64,000 nucleotides of DNA from contig CP075493.1 in assembly GCA_021613535.1 (NCBI GenBank), positions 3,162,001-3,226,000 of the forward strand. Direction: 5' to 3'. Within the stretch, counting starts at the first letter, position 1; each line of letters opens with the position of its first letter. The notes under the pieces were generated by a model, which saw only the letters and a program-made list of their open reading frames with translations, made no database searches and was not told the origin of the DNA. Source of the stretch: Adineta vaga. Taxonomy: Eukaryota; Animalia; Rotifera. A program made the translations under genes and the position numbers. This document shows positions 24,991 to 39,358 of the stretch, in pieces.

Positions 24991-25893
24991 TTATACGAGT
25001 ATTGAATCATTCATATAAACAGTCTGATTGGCTTTTATCGATGGATAATCATAGAAATTTGAATGATCACTTTCGTTACTGAGAGACATGGAAGTAATTT
25101 CGTATACATAAGGTTCTTCTTCGATATTTTGTAAAATATTACGATTATATGTCATTAATATACGATCAGAATAAAGAGTTGAACTGTGATTTGTTGTACT
25201 ACTATTATCACTATCATCTAATCCATATAAATTTTTTTGTTGTTGCATAGTTGCTTGTCGAAGTTGAGGAAGTCGACGAAGGTTTCTAGATAGATTTCGT
25301 TCACGCATAAGAAAACGCGGACCATAGGATCGTTTATATGCTAGATTAGATTGGTAATGTTGTTGTTTGAAATAAGAATCAGATCTGCATGGAGTTTTAC
25401 TATTAATTTGTTGAAAAAAACTATCGGAAAATGTTTCACTAGACGTAGAATGAAGATCGATATATAAATAAGAGTGTAGCTGATTGACATCCATTGTTTC
25501 TAAGGATAACGATGAGACATCATTGACATATGTATTTGTAACTGTTTGTTGTAATTGAGGTGATGGTGAAGTATCATTCGGACGGATTGGATATTTAACT
25601 CTTTTGATTGGTATTTCTTTTTTCGGATCTTCAAATGTTGTTTTATGTAGAAGATAAAATCGTCGATAAAGAAAAAGAATAATTATTAAGAATACAATCG
25701 CTAATACAATAACTATGCATAATAAAACGATAAATATTGGTTGAGTTGCATTAAATGATGTTGAAGGCGAATTAACTTGTAGAAGTTTTCGACCAATATA
25801 TACTTGACCATCTGAAATATTTCATAGGAAATAGAATCGATTTTTTTTTAAATTCAGAGACATATCTTTACCTTGAAGTGTATTATCAAGCAT
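24991..25893 (-). CDS. Single-pass membrane protein with Tyr-rich cytoplasmic tail
   Basis: MLDNTLQ|DGQ... then hydrophobic IFIVLLCIVIVLAIVFLIIILFLY-RR, continuing in frame into the 24991-25494 ORF. Confidence 0.65.
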
Positions 25894-26522
25894 GTTGAAT
25901 AATATTCAAATGACCTTATAAATGTTGCAGATTGTAAAAATGAGACAAATACAAACATAACCTTGTTTATGAAAGAGTTCTATTGATATAAAATTTTCAT
26001 GTGATCAATTTAACTGAGTAAAAATTGTTCTATTACATGATATTTATATTAGTTAATCGACATTTTCTTTCTGAAGATAAATATGTCGTGGAAAAGATAT
26101 TGAGCAAGAAAATAAAAACAACTGACTGAAAAATTAACAAAGATTCGTTTGTTCGATTTAGTATCGATAATAACTTTTGACTATTTTGTTTGGTATGTGG
26201 CGAAATCTATCTAAATATCTTTCATTGACTATCTGTATTTTACCTGTTTCTGACTGTCTGACGTGCCAAGTTCTCTCTCTCCTCTCTTCTCTCTCACTCA
26301 CTTTTCGTCAATGTTTATATTTATAGTACTTTTCGAATGGTAGAAAGACGTATGCAACAGATAAGTGAAGAGTAAAGTCAAAGTTTATATCGAAATATGT
26401 ATGTGTTTCAAAATACGAGGTATGTCGTGTCTCTTGTGACTTACATTTTGCTCAGACTAATTTTTCATTCTATATGATTATCCGAATGATACTTCTAATT
26501 TAAATAAACATTATTCTTTCAG

Positions 26523-27443
26523 ATGTCTGTTCTTGCGTTCAATGATCCCAGTAATGTTCATTATTCTTGGTTACAACGTTTCGCTGGTAATATAATTCGT
26601 TATGGTTGTACAAGTCGTCTACGACATATTGCAATTGTAATGGACGGGAATCGTCGTTTCGCACGTGAACATAATTTTGAACGTGCACGTGGTCATACAT
26701 TAGGTGCGGACAGATTATTTGATGTATGTCAATGGTGTCATGATTTAGGTATCAATGAATTGAGTGTTTATGCTTTTTCACTGGAAAATCTTAAACGTTC
26801 GCAAGATGAAATCGATACATTGATGAATATTGCACGTGTTAAATTAAGTGAACTCAAAAAATCTCTTGATAAAATTCATGAACAACAGATTTGTGTACGA
26901 ATTATTGGAAATTTAGATTTATTACCTGAAGATATTCAACAATCAAGTTATTATCTAATGAAGGAAACTGATCATTATAAAAATTTCATTTTAAATGTTT
27001 GTTTATACTACACATCCCGAAATGAAATAACAACTGTTATACAAACATTAGCAAAGGGTTGCGAAAAAAATCTCTTAAACATTGATGATATTGATGATGA
27101 TTTAATTCTACAAAGTTTAATTGTATCAACAAGTCAAACAGGTTATCTACCTGATATTTTTCTTCGTACATCAGGTGAATTACGTTTAAGTGATTTTATG
27201 TTATTACAATGTCGATTTTCTATGTGGATTTTTGCTGATGTTTATTGGCCAGCTTTTACTGTTTGGCATTTATATTGGATTATTTTACAATATGAAATGA
27301 AATCGAAAACATTGATCAATATTCAAGATCAATGTAAAACTATTCTTCAACAAGAAAGATCGATGAATGAACAGAAAAATGAACGTATTAAAGGATATCT
27401 TAATTGGCTTGAACAACAAAGAATAGAACGTTTAAAATTGTAA
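26523..27443 (+). CDS. DHDDS: Dehydrodolichyl diphosphate synthase (cis-prenyltransferase)
   Basis: HIAIVMDGNRRFA, SVYAFSLEN.KRS..E, YTSR.EI, PD..LRTSGE.RLSDF.L.Q, WP.F. Confidence 0.93.
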   Translation: MSVLAFNDPSNVHYSWLQRFAGNIIRYGCTSRLRHIAIVMDGNRRFAREHNFERARGHTLGADRLFDVCQWCHDLGINELSVYAFSLENLKRSQDEIDTLMNIARVKLSELKKSLDKIHEQQICVRIIGNLDLLPEDIQQSSYYLMKETDHYKNFILNVCLYYTSRNEITTVIQTLAKGCEKNLLNIDDIDDDLILQSLIVSTSQTGYLPDIFLRTSGELRLSDFMLLQCRFSMWIFADVYWPAFTVWHLYWIILQYEMKSKTLINIQDQCKTILQQERSMNEQKNERIKGYLNWLEQQRIERLKL

Positions 27444-27599
27444 CTTCCATTTATTGTCGTTATCGTTGTTTTTGTTATGAAATACAGTGTGTTATTGTTT
27501 TTTCATGTAATGTTAACTTCAAACATCATCAATTTAGATGTATGAAGATTTTTAAACAGAATAAAAGATAGACGTTAGCAAAATTTTAACATATTAAAT

Positions 27600-28810
27600 A
27601 AGTATCTCTGTTTATTGAAATATTAGATTAAATCTCCACGCAAATTCAGTGTTGTAAGTGCCTGTAAAGAACTCTATTGCAATGCAAAAGTAATAGAATC
27701 ATAGAGAGTCTATCTCACTAATATATTGATCAAATCTTGTATTTCGTCATTTTGAATACAACATGCTCGAAGATTCAATGTAGTCAGAGCCTGTAATGAA
27801 CAATCATGAAAAGGTTTTGATGAAAAAAGGAACTGATGTACATTAGCTAGATCTCGCATAGATAAATTGCCTATATTGTTCTCTTGAAGATCAAGTTTTG
27901 TCAGTGTCTATTGTATTTATTGACGTGAATATAGCCTAATCGAGCAAAAGAATGTTTTCTGACAGAGTTAATTTGTAATGCATTAGCTAGATATTGTGCA
28001 CCTTGAATAGCAATTCTATTATCACCAATATCGAGTGTTAACAGTGGCTATATTGAATGTTTATAATAGATAAATCGATAAGTGTTTCTACTTCTACTGT
28101 ATTTATTTGCAGTGTATCAATGAGCTGTTACATATCCCCTTCATTTTCTGCTCTATGATCAAGAATATCGAGTATTGTAAGGATCTAAAATAGTAGAAAC
28201 GATGATGCTTACTGAATTGTTTTTCAATAAATTAGTTAGATATTGTACACCGCGAGAATGTATCTTGTTTCTTCGAAGATACAATGTAAGAAATGACTAT
28301 ATTGAAAAGAAGAGTAGCGTTAGATATGTATATAAGAGAAATGAACATGTTCTATAGAATTCTTCCGTAATACACACCCTACAACGAATACAATTCTTGT
28401 ATATAGACTTAGTTTTTACCAACATCTAAAATATTCGAGAGTTGCTAATCGAACAAGAAAATCTATTCTTTTACTATGTTAATTTCTAGTTCATCAGTTA
28501 GAGATTGCGGACCACTAGCATTGATGTTATTTTCATGAAGATTGAGTGCTATGAGTGTCTTAATGTAGAATTAAAACATGAACTGAATAGAAAGTAGATG
28601 TTGTTTTGCAATGCATTTCCTATAGACATTATACTTTTCGATCACGAATTTTCATAGATTTGATATTCAACATAGTTATTCTCTGTTGATTTTTTTGTTT
28701 TCTTAACAAACATATAAGTCACTAAATCACATCAAACGAAAACTTATTTTGTTAAGTTTATCAAGTATGCGATAGATAAATTCACTTGTTAATGTACGAT
28801 ATTCTTATTA
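27600..28810 (-). pseudogene. Degenerate F-box/RI-like LRR gene
   Basis: Minus strand shows F-box-like RTLTSEFIYRILDKL followed by a stop, and 28-aa LRR exons such as PLLTLDIGDNRIAIQGAQYLANALQINS (~27966-28049); other exons appear truncated or stopped. Confidence 0.65.
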
Positions 28811-31800
28811 TTACTTTCAATAGATACTTTTTTCGTTAAACTAAGACATACTGTACAGATTAAGAACTTGTATTTTTCTTTTGCTTTGATGTATCTACTG
28901 ATCTACATTATTGATCAATCGAGGTTTCGAGATATTATTTTGTAACTACTTATCTATGCATTTGAAAAGAATTTTCGTTCAATTGTTTATCTCGAAATCT
29001 AATTTCATTATTATCTATTGAATAGGATTAATAAAACAACGTTTCTTTTTCCTAAATAACAAACGACGAAGTCATTGATGAACAATCATTTTCTATCTTT
29101 TATATATGACAATTCATAGAAAAAGATTAAACTATTATCAATAGAAATATTCATTTGAATATCATTCTTTCGGATCAAGACGATGTCCTTAGAGTTTCCG
29201 CTATAAGTTTTCAACAAATACAATGAGATTTCATTAAATCCTTCTTTTTTACTTATTCATATATCCGATTGATTTGCATATATTCTCTATCTTTTTTTTC
29301 TGATGGAGATTTTATGATATCTAAATGTATTAATGATAATTTTGTCTTCTTCTTGTTATTTTTTATCATTTGACACATGCTTTGGATTTGATCGTTAAAA
29401 GTATTAAGTAGGATGTAAGTATTCATTCCTCTAAATGGAAATAATAGAGAATTCAACGAACGAACGAAAGAAAGAAGAAAGAGAAAAAAATATAGAAGCA
29501 ATCTATCAACTTTCTTCTCATTCGGGTTCGTTTTCATTGTAACAATAGAAAAACGTTTTTTGTACTAACTTCATTTTCCACTTTGACTAGAGTAAGTTCA
29601 ATGTTATTTATCAGAATGAAAACAAAGAAATTCTTTTAGTTACTTTACGTCAGTATTTATATATAGAATTGAGTCTTATTTCTTCTTCTTCTTCTTCCAA
29701 ACTAAAAAAATCTGTTAATCATCCGTGTGAAACAAACGAGCAATTAGTTTACTATTCCATTTGTATGCATTTCCTACTGTTACTGATGTTTTTCTTATAT
29801 AAATCCTATGCTTAGTGCATTGTGTGAGAAAGTATAGAAAACAATTGAGAAGTCTTTTGGGAAGAAAAGCAGAGATTAATCTTTGAGAATATTACTAAGA
29901 ATTTCTAATCGAGAAAAGAAAAATGAATAACTTGACAGAAAGATAAAAGTCAACGATCCATTCAACCATTACATTATAATGTTAGAAATGTCGCGTATTT
30001 ACTACATAAATCAATGTACAAATGTCTCGTTATATTTTTTATTCATTTACAATCTTATTTCGAGAAAAAAAAGATATTTCCAGTTTATTTGAAATGAATT
30101 TTCTTACAATAGAGTATGCATTAGAAATTTTAAATAATCCTATTCGATAGAATATTGTATGTTAACATCGCCTGCTCGGTTTTCTTTCTTCTCATTTAAT
30201 AAGCTCTCGTTTCACGTATCTTGTTCATTTTTTGTTTTATATGACAATTGGTTAGATTTCATGCTTGCATATTTAATGATTAATAACCAATTAGGTTCTA
30301 TTCCTATGATTTTTTTATTCTTATTTTATTTACAAAAAAAAAGAAGAAAACTTTCTTCTTATCATGAGTAACGAAGATTCGTTTTCTTTTCAAATGTGGA
30401 TAAAGATTTTGTAAAGGAAAAATGATAGTGTTTCTCAACAAGGTATAGAATTTATAAATAATAGATGTATATAGGACATTATCATGATGAATTTGAAGAA
30501 TATTTCTTTTCATTTCTTCTTTCGAACATTTGTTTTCTCAATAAATAAAATCTTCTTTTAACAAAATCATCATAATTTTTCTTGTAAGTGGAGATTCTTT
30601 TTTCTCTTCTTCTGTAAGTAGATTATTTCCTCTTCGATTTAAGTATATAACAGCATGCACAATAATAATTCAACTCAGTTAGATTCTAATGGATATACTA
30701 GTTGACACTAAAAGTACTAATGTCTACTCTGGTTCTTTTTTTTCTTTCGATAGAGAGCCTATCCAAATAGTAGTCGATTGAGTTTGTTTTTGTTTTATTC
30801 TATCCGTTCTATGTCTTTATATCAGTCAGAATTTTTGAGAGTGGATTCATAGTTGAATCAGTCATTTTTTTCTCTCTAAACGAAATTAACAAGAAAGAAT
30901 TAAATGTCAGTTGGTTCTATTTAATATTCGTCGTTTTGTTGTTTTTCATTAGAGATATAAAATAATATTTTCGACATTTTGTCAGTTGATCGGTGAAGCA
31001 AAGTTTTGTCATTCGCTGTTTGATAGGCCTCAAAGGAATAAACTGACAAGAAGAAGAAGAAGAAGAAGAAGAAAAAAAAATAAGTCAGAAACGTAACCAA
31101 TAATCTGACAAGCAACAACAGTCGAAGATTTTCTCTGGCCTATTCTTAAAGTAGGATGTACAAAAGAAAACTGATGTATTATATTTGATAATTCTGAAAA
31201 CTAATAGACAGATGATTAGCATTCTAGATTGCTGTCGACAGATGTCAATTGAGGAGATATGAATTACATATAAATAAATATCTTTCATTTGAAAACAAAA
31301 AATGAACGTTTCATCTTGTTTTTAGAAGACGAAGAGCCTAGCTCTTCAACATATCTAATTGAACTGTCTTCGTAACTGATATGATTTGTTATTTTTATAT
31401 TTAATTAAAAGGAAATCTCATTTTTTGTGATCGATAAAAATAAGAGATAAGGAAATTTATTGCTTTCGTTCATCGATCATTCAAAGCGGAAATGACATCG
31501 AAAAACAAACGATAATGAAAATTTACTTTATCGAGAAAATCGTTTCCGCATTTTCTTCTCTTCTCCTTCATATTATTATCGTCTTTATTTCTTTTCTTTG
31601 TTCTCTTTACCACTCGTCTTTTGACGTACGTCTTCTACTTCCAGTGAGTTTATCATAAGGAGAAAAAGCTCAGAGAAACTTTCCGTTTTTTTTTTATATA
31701 TAGACTTCACATTTATGTCGTGTTTGTTTCCTTTTCTTCTGTGCAAAATAATATCATCATCAACATCATCACGGACTAACGCCTCGACAACTATTTGTTT

Positions 31801-32316
31801 CATCTCATTCGCATTGACATTCTCATGAAAAAAAAACTGATAATTTGCTTTTCAAAATGAAGATCAAATGAGTTCTTTTCTCCCTTTTTGCAGTTCAATT
31901 TTTTAAAGAAAAGGAAAAAGAAGAGAGCATGTTTCTTTTTCTTCTTTTTTATCGAACATGCATAAAATAGTTGCATGATTTAACTGACAAGTTAGATAAA
32001 TATAAACAATGACTCGTATTACATCTGACAGTTCGAATGCATAGCTAAATGTAAGATTAGAAAGAGGGCGAAGAAAGGAAATTAAAAATCTAATACATTG
32101 GTTTTTTATTGCTGTAAAACACGAGTCGTCGACATAACGAGTGTCTTATTCGAGATTTTGCTTACGATTGAGTTTAATATCCTCATTATAAGGAAAATAA
32201 TCCCGATAATATCTATCTTCATAGGATTTACAAGTGATAATAAAATCTTTTGCTAATAATTTAAATATTTAAACTTTTGAATCTCTGTTTTAGTTATGCG
32301 TATTTGAAAGAAAATA

Positions 32317-33285
<969 letters not shown>

Positions 33286-34062
33286 TTTTCCTTTTTTTCT
33301 ATATCTGTTTATGTACACTCTTCTTTTTTTTTCCTTGTCATTCAATTTCATACATATGTACACGATCGGTATGCAAAAATTTTTATTTTCTTCAATTCCT
33401 ATGATCGATCTACTTTCCTTCAACTAACAAAACAAATAAATAAGACGAAGTTGTTCTTGTGCTCCATAACTCGACTAAAATCTTCGATGAAATCTATTAA
33501 TAAACATATCGAATAGCACGCATAAAAGATGCTGTTATTCTCCTATTACATATATGTTAGAGATTATCAAATCCCAACAGGATTACATCGTTTTCAACTG
33601 ATAATCGTATGTAAACTGACAATGACAAAGCATGTGCTGTCGAATAGATTGAAATAGTAGTTAGCAACGCTGATGTAATTCTTTTGAATGATTAATGGTT
33701 TTGAAAACAGAGTTTCTCTTTATAATTAAATACTATTATCTGTAGGAAGAGATTGCTTTCTTTCTAATCAATAGAGTATGTGTTCTTGATGTACTGAAAA
33801 TAATGAAGTATCATTATTTCTCATACACTCATTGACTGAGTTCTTCAAAAAAGATTTATACGAGAAGAGAAAGAAAACATCGAAGGAATGTCATTCTTGA
33901 TCATCTTGGTATCTATTTTAAAGTGTTATAAAGAGTCGTTGAATTTCGTTATTTTTTTTCTTTCTTATTTGCTTCAAATACATGAACGATCAAAACAGAA
34001 AACAAACAGAGCGGATATCATCAGATGTTGAATAGTTCCGCATAATGATGAATTTCTCTTGT

Positions 34063-34650
34063 TTAAAATCGTAATTTTTGGAAGAACCATTTGTGTTTGC
34101 CTGTCTTATAACTAAATAAAATGAAAACAAATGCATAATAATCGTATGTGTTTTTTTTCTTTCTTATAATCTTTCGTATTTACCGTTCTTCAAATTTATC
34201 TTTTACATCTCGAAGAGCTTTTCGTCGAAGGCCAGCATCACGGAAAACTTCTTTATTGATTAAACTTTTTTCGAAGTTAACATCAACAGTGTATCTAAAT
34301 TTCAAAGATATTTTCTTGATAAATCGAAATCTTCTATTCGTACCGTGTAGCCATTAAATGATTATAATTAACAACTTTAACGAATGGTTTGATTTTATTT
34401 CGACGTGCTTGTTTTTTCTTTCCCATACGTTTTGTTACCTTTCGTGGATAACGTGAGATACCAGCAACAAGTGCATGACCATAACCTCGTTCATTACTAC
34501 CTTCATCATGTGGCTAAATGAAGGGGACATTTTTTTTCTACAACAAAAATTCCTCTAAGAACTATTTACTTTGATGACTACTGCCTTACGACCGGCATAT
34601 CGACCGGCTAAGACTATAACCACTTTCTGACTTTTCATAATTTTCACCAT
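34063..34650 (-). CDS. RPL27: 60S ribosomal protein L27 (4 exons; absent from the ORF track)
   Basis: [68 protein letters not shown]. Confidence 0.96.
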
Positions 34651-34739
34651 GATTGAAACGATGAGAATATCTGAAGATAGACAAACGGAAAAGATCTTTT
34701 TTTTCAAGAAAAGTTTAAAAAAAAAACAACAACAAATAG

Positions 34740-34920
34740 TTAATGTATGTAGGTATATGAATGACTGACGAATAGTAAAATCATTTCATTGGTTAACATC
34801 TCTGGCCTGCCGGCCTCTGTTTTCCGAATATGGAGGGCTTCCTGTCAACACTAGATTGGTCAGAGATACAAACCAATGAGAATATATCGTGAATGAAATA
34901 TTATTTTTCATCAAGGATAT
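34740..34920. promoter_or_regulatory. Bidirectional promoter between RPL27 and PTPMT1 with three CCAAT boxes
   Basis: Divergent ATGs about 280 bp apart; ATTGG at 34788 and 34855, CCAAT at 34873, with a locally GC-richer patch. Confidence 0.6.
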
Positions 34921-34932
34921 TGATTGAATTTC

Positions 34933-35960
34933 ATGCCTATTATAAGTCCTAATTTAGCAAGATTATTCTTTTTACCAAGTTATGGGTAAGAGAAAAATTG
35001 ATTCGAATGATTGAATAAAGATTCTGTTCTAGTTATACACAACTTTTAACGTATCTTGGTATTCGAAATGGATATGATCGAATTGACAATACAGTTTATG
35101 TCGGAATATTACCAACAATTGCTATGCAAAAATATTTAATTGAACATGAAAAAGTCAATGCGGTCATATCGATGAATGAAGATTATGAATTAACGTAAAT
35201 AGTAATTTCAAAAGAATGATTTTTGTTGATTTTACAAAGTTTTGTGACTGTTCACACAAAATAGATGTAAAAGGAAAAGATTTCAAGCAATTGATAAACA
35301 TAAAAATGATGAAGATATTAATGATAGATATACCTGCCTATTTAGCTGTTATCTATCTCTTTTGTTTAGAGTGGTAAAAGATCATTGAAGCGTAATATTG
35401 ATATAAAGCTCAAGAGAATATGAGAATGACTCATCGCTATCTTGTTGATTCTACATGCATTTACTGACAGTTTTAATTTATAAAAGTCTCCCGCTGAGTT
35501 TTTATGCTTTCAACATAATAACAGATCTTTATAATGAATAGCGAGAAAGAATTGAATTAAATGTCGAAACATTTGTATTAAACCTATTTGATCTTTCATT
35601 CATAGATACGTTTCCGATCAAAATCTTTGGGCTAAACATGAAGTTCAGCATTTACGTTTGCCAACAGTTGATTTTAATAATCCCAAAGTTGAAAATCTCT
35701 TTCATGGTGTTGAATTTCTTCGAACTGTTCGTCAAGAAAATAAAACAGCTTATATACATTGTAAAGCTGGCCGTCAACGAAGTGCTAATCTAGCTGCATG
35801 TTACCTTATTGATACGTATGGTATGACTCCAGAAGAAGCTGCTCGTCGTATTCGTTCGATTCGGCCAAGTACTATATTTGGTGCACGTGAAATGATTCGT
35901 TTAAATGAATTTGTTAAACTTTTACAAGAAGAACATCAAAAAAAACAAGAGAAAAAATGA
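34933..35960 (+). CDS. PTPMT1: Mitochondrial phosphatidylglycerophosphate phosphatase (3 exons)
   Basis: LARLFFLP, YDRID.TV.VG.LP, VISMNEDYE, LRLPTVD, YIHCKAGRQRSA. Confidence 0.9.
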
Positions 35961-35994
35961 TTTTAATCAATTTTTTTTTATTTGTTATTTTTAG

Positions 35995-36792
35995 ATGAGT
36001 GTCCTATCACTTAAAAACAAAAATGTTTATTTGGATAAAATAAATGAAAGTTTATTAACATTCTTTCGAACGATTGAAAAATTTCAACAGAATCTTAATG
36101 AATTAAGTCAATATGCAAGTGATGCAACTACTCATATTAATGATATTGAAAGAATTCTTCGTAGTAACGAAGATGATGCTGATGATGATGATGGAGATGA
36201 AAATAGTGAACAACAGATGTTATCTGATATGGAAAAAGAATCATTAGCAAGTGGAAAATTATGTGAATTAAATGAAAATTTAAATATTTCAATACGTGAA
36301 CTTCGACAATCTTGGTAAGAATATTATTGAATAGTATCATTCCTGATAATTAAAAAAAATAGGAATACATTGGAAAAAGAAGGGGCAGCTATATCAAAAT
36401 CGATCAATCAATTACCAAAACAGATTCAACTATTCTTAAATACAACGAAAACTGATGCAGATTTCAATGATGTTCATTTTCGAGCTGAGATTACTCACCT
36501 TAGTGAACAATTTCCTCTCATTGGTCAATTCTATCATGAATTGTAAGATGAACATTTTCGTATTTACCTACTTTTTCTCTCGTTCTATAGATGTTTGGAA
36601 ATTCAAGTGATTCTTCTCGATTTATCAAGTTTGAAATCTATTAAACATTTAGCAACTATTCTAGGATTTCTTTCATCTCGATCACTTTCTATATCAGGTA
36701 GATTTTCGTAGAAAGATTTCGTATCTATTCACAATCTTTTTCTTCTAGTTCCTCTTCAGATTATTCGTCAAATACAAATAAAACTGACATAA
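35995..36792 (+). CDS. Hypothetical helical/coiled-coil protein (4 exons)
   Basis: The ORF from 35995 continues in frame through three short GT-AG introns to TAA at 36790-36792. Confidence 0.65.
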
Positions 36793-36814
36793 TTTTCATT
36801 TCAGATGTGAGATA

Positions 36815-39358
36815 ATGACGAATTTCTTAATTAAACATTTACGTACAATTGCGATTGCAAGTGCAACATTAACATCATCATATCTCATCTCATACCAAGA
36901 TAATCATCAACTAAGAACTCAATTCCTGTCTTTACTGCGAATTAAAGCTGCTGAATATGTAAGTAAACATGAATATTTTTAATTAATATGAATGTTGTCT
37001 GTCTGTACTTAAGGAACGACGAAATGCAGGAACTGCATTTTCTCGTAATCAAAAGAAAGACATTCGTGTCGTTGACGATGACGACGACGATGATGATGAT
37101 GGCGATGGAAAAGGCAAAGAAAATGATGAGTTAGATAAATCGAATGAACATGTGTCAAATGCACGTGAAAGACGTTTTCGAGAATTTGCTTCTGTAGAAT
37201 ATAACGATGAAATTTATATGGTAAGTTCCTTTTCAAATGATAAATAAATAGTGAAAAAAAAGAATCATTTCATTTTAGACACCAGTGGATTTTCTTGAAT
37301 CAGTAATTACCGAACGACCAAGACGTATGAATCGAAGAATTTTAATTTGAAAAGAGTTCTTGGTTTTTTTTTCTGTTGGTTAGCTCGTATTGGTCGTCGA
37401 CATTTAACCGACGAAAAAGTCGATTCAATCTTGTATAGTACACCACCAAAACATCGAGGATCAAAAAGATTTTTTCGAAATCTTGAAGATGCTGGTAAGT
37501 CTTCAATTACAAATATCATTTCATGTTCATCATATCTTTCACCTTCAGGTTTAATCTCATTTTCGGAATACCTATTTCTTTGGGTGATTCTAACAAGTAA
37601 TTTCAAAACTTATTTTCAATTCATACCGTATTTCCTTTTTTTTGCATAGAACCTCATACACAATTTGAAATAGCATTTGCTATGTTTGATACTGATGGTA
37701 ATGTAGAAAACTTTGATGAATTGAATAAATAAGCAATTCTTAATACCGAGATTAAATTTTTCATGAATCAAGATTATTCCATCTGACAGGCAAAGTTTTT
37801 CTGTCTAATTTTTGTTCGAGTAGTATATACTTAAACGTAGAAGCAATTACCGGAGATTCTTGACACATTGAACGGAAATAAAACTAGGAGTTTTTTTTTT
37901 TCATTTCATCTAGGTAATCAATTGGTTGATAAACATGAATTTCTTGTGGTATAGATAAAAACTGTTTTGTATTGATTTGATATATCATTCTTAATTTAGC
38001 TTGGAAAAGTTATGAGTGATAAACGTATGTTACGTCGAAATGCATCGAAATCATCGATAGATAAAAATACGAATTATCCATATGTAAGTGAATTTCTACA
38101 TATCATTCATTCACTTATTCTTGCTAAATCAATGTTGTAACAAAACAAAACTCTTATACGTTTTCGTATATATCTATATATTTGCATGTATATGTCTTTA
38201 GTTTTTAAAGTCATTCTTCAATATACCGAAGAAGAAGTCAATAAAAACATCATCTATTAAAGAATTAGATGTCGTATGTATGAATGTACATTGTCTATAA
38301 TATAAATAAGAAATATAACTTTTAATTGCACGATTGCGAATTCTTTCATGCTTGATAATAAATTTTACTTGGTTCTTGGAAATTTAACACAAATTTTTAT
38401 TGTTGATATTTATCAGAAATATTCTTTTCATTGTTGTTTTATTTTTAGTTACATGAAAGTGAACAAATGGATACAACGTTACTCTTACATTTCTTCGGCA
38501 AGAATGGTCGAGATACTTTAAATTATACAGAATTTAAACGGTAGACATAGACTAGATGAATATACTGAGTAAAACATTATTATTTGAATAGATTTATGGA
38601 AAATCTACAGATGGAAGTTTTAGAAATTGAATTTTCGGAATTTTCACATGGTTTTAAAACAATATCAGATTTAGATTTTACAGAAATACTCTTACGATAT
38701 ACAGATTTTAATAAAGAAACGAAGAAACAAATTTTAAGAAAGGTCAAAAGAACAGCTGTACAATCAGATGTGTGTAACTTATTCTTTCATTGATGAAATT
38801 TTTATTATTATCTCTCCTATCTCATAGGGCATTACATTTGACCAATATAAACAGTTTTTTACATTTCTTAATAATCTCGAAGAATTTAGTATTGCTATGC
38901 GTTTTCATCAATTATCAAATAAACCAATTTCACATGGTAAATATCAAGAAATTATGAATTTTTGTTTTCTGTATTTGAAATCTATCATTCTAGCTGAATT
39001 TCAACGAGCAGTAAGAATCTCTACAGGTTTTGAACTTGATTCTGACATAATTGGACTTATTTTTCGAATATTTGATGCTGATGATGATCAACATTTGTAA
39101 ATAGAAAATTTTCTTATTTTTCGAATCTTTTTTTCGATCAATTTCTAGGAGTTACGATGAATTTATGGCTGTAATGAAAGATCGTCTTTCTCGTGGTTTT
39201 CAGGTGATATTTTTCTCGCTTAATTTCTAATCTATCAAATCCTATTCATTTTCTTCTAGACTGCCGAACTTTCTGAAACATCTAGTTCAAAATTTGAACA
39301 ATTTAAACATTGTTTTCGAGAACGAGCCAAGTATGACACTTCACCTGCTTTAGATTAG
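36815..39358 (+). CDS. MICU3: Mitochondrial calcium uptake protein, MICU2/3-like, EF-hand
   Basis: RERRFREFASVEY...MTP.DFLESV, GLISFSEYLFL, FEIAFAMFDTDG, DTTLLLHFFG, FMENLQ.EVLEIEF, IFRIFDADDD.HLSYDEF; the paralog (MICU2 vs MICU3) is not resolved. Confidence 0.85.

Noticed and set aside
26523-27443. Intronless cis-prenyltransferase as bacterial uppS
   Set aside because: The N-terminal W..RFA.NII..G segment and C-terminal extension match eukaryotic DHDDS.
28900-32300. Short Phe/Lys-rich ORFs upstream of KCTD, and similar ones at 22300-24200 and 52300-53900
   Set aside because: Composition reflects A/T and AG tracts; best read as regulatory, UTR or intronic DNA.
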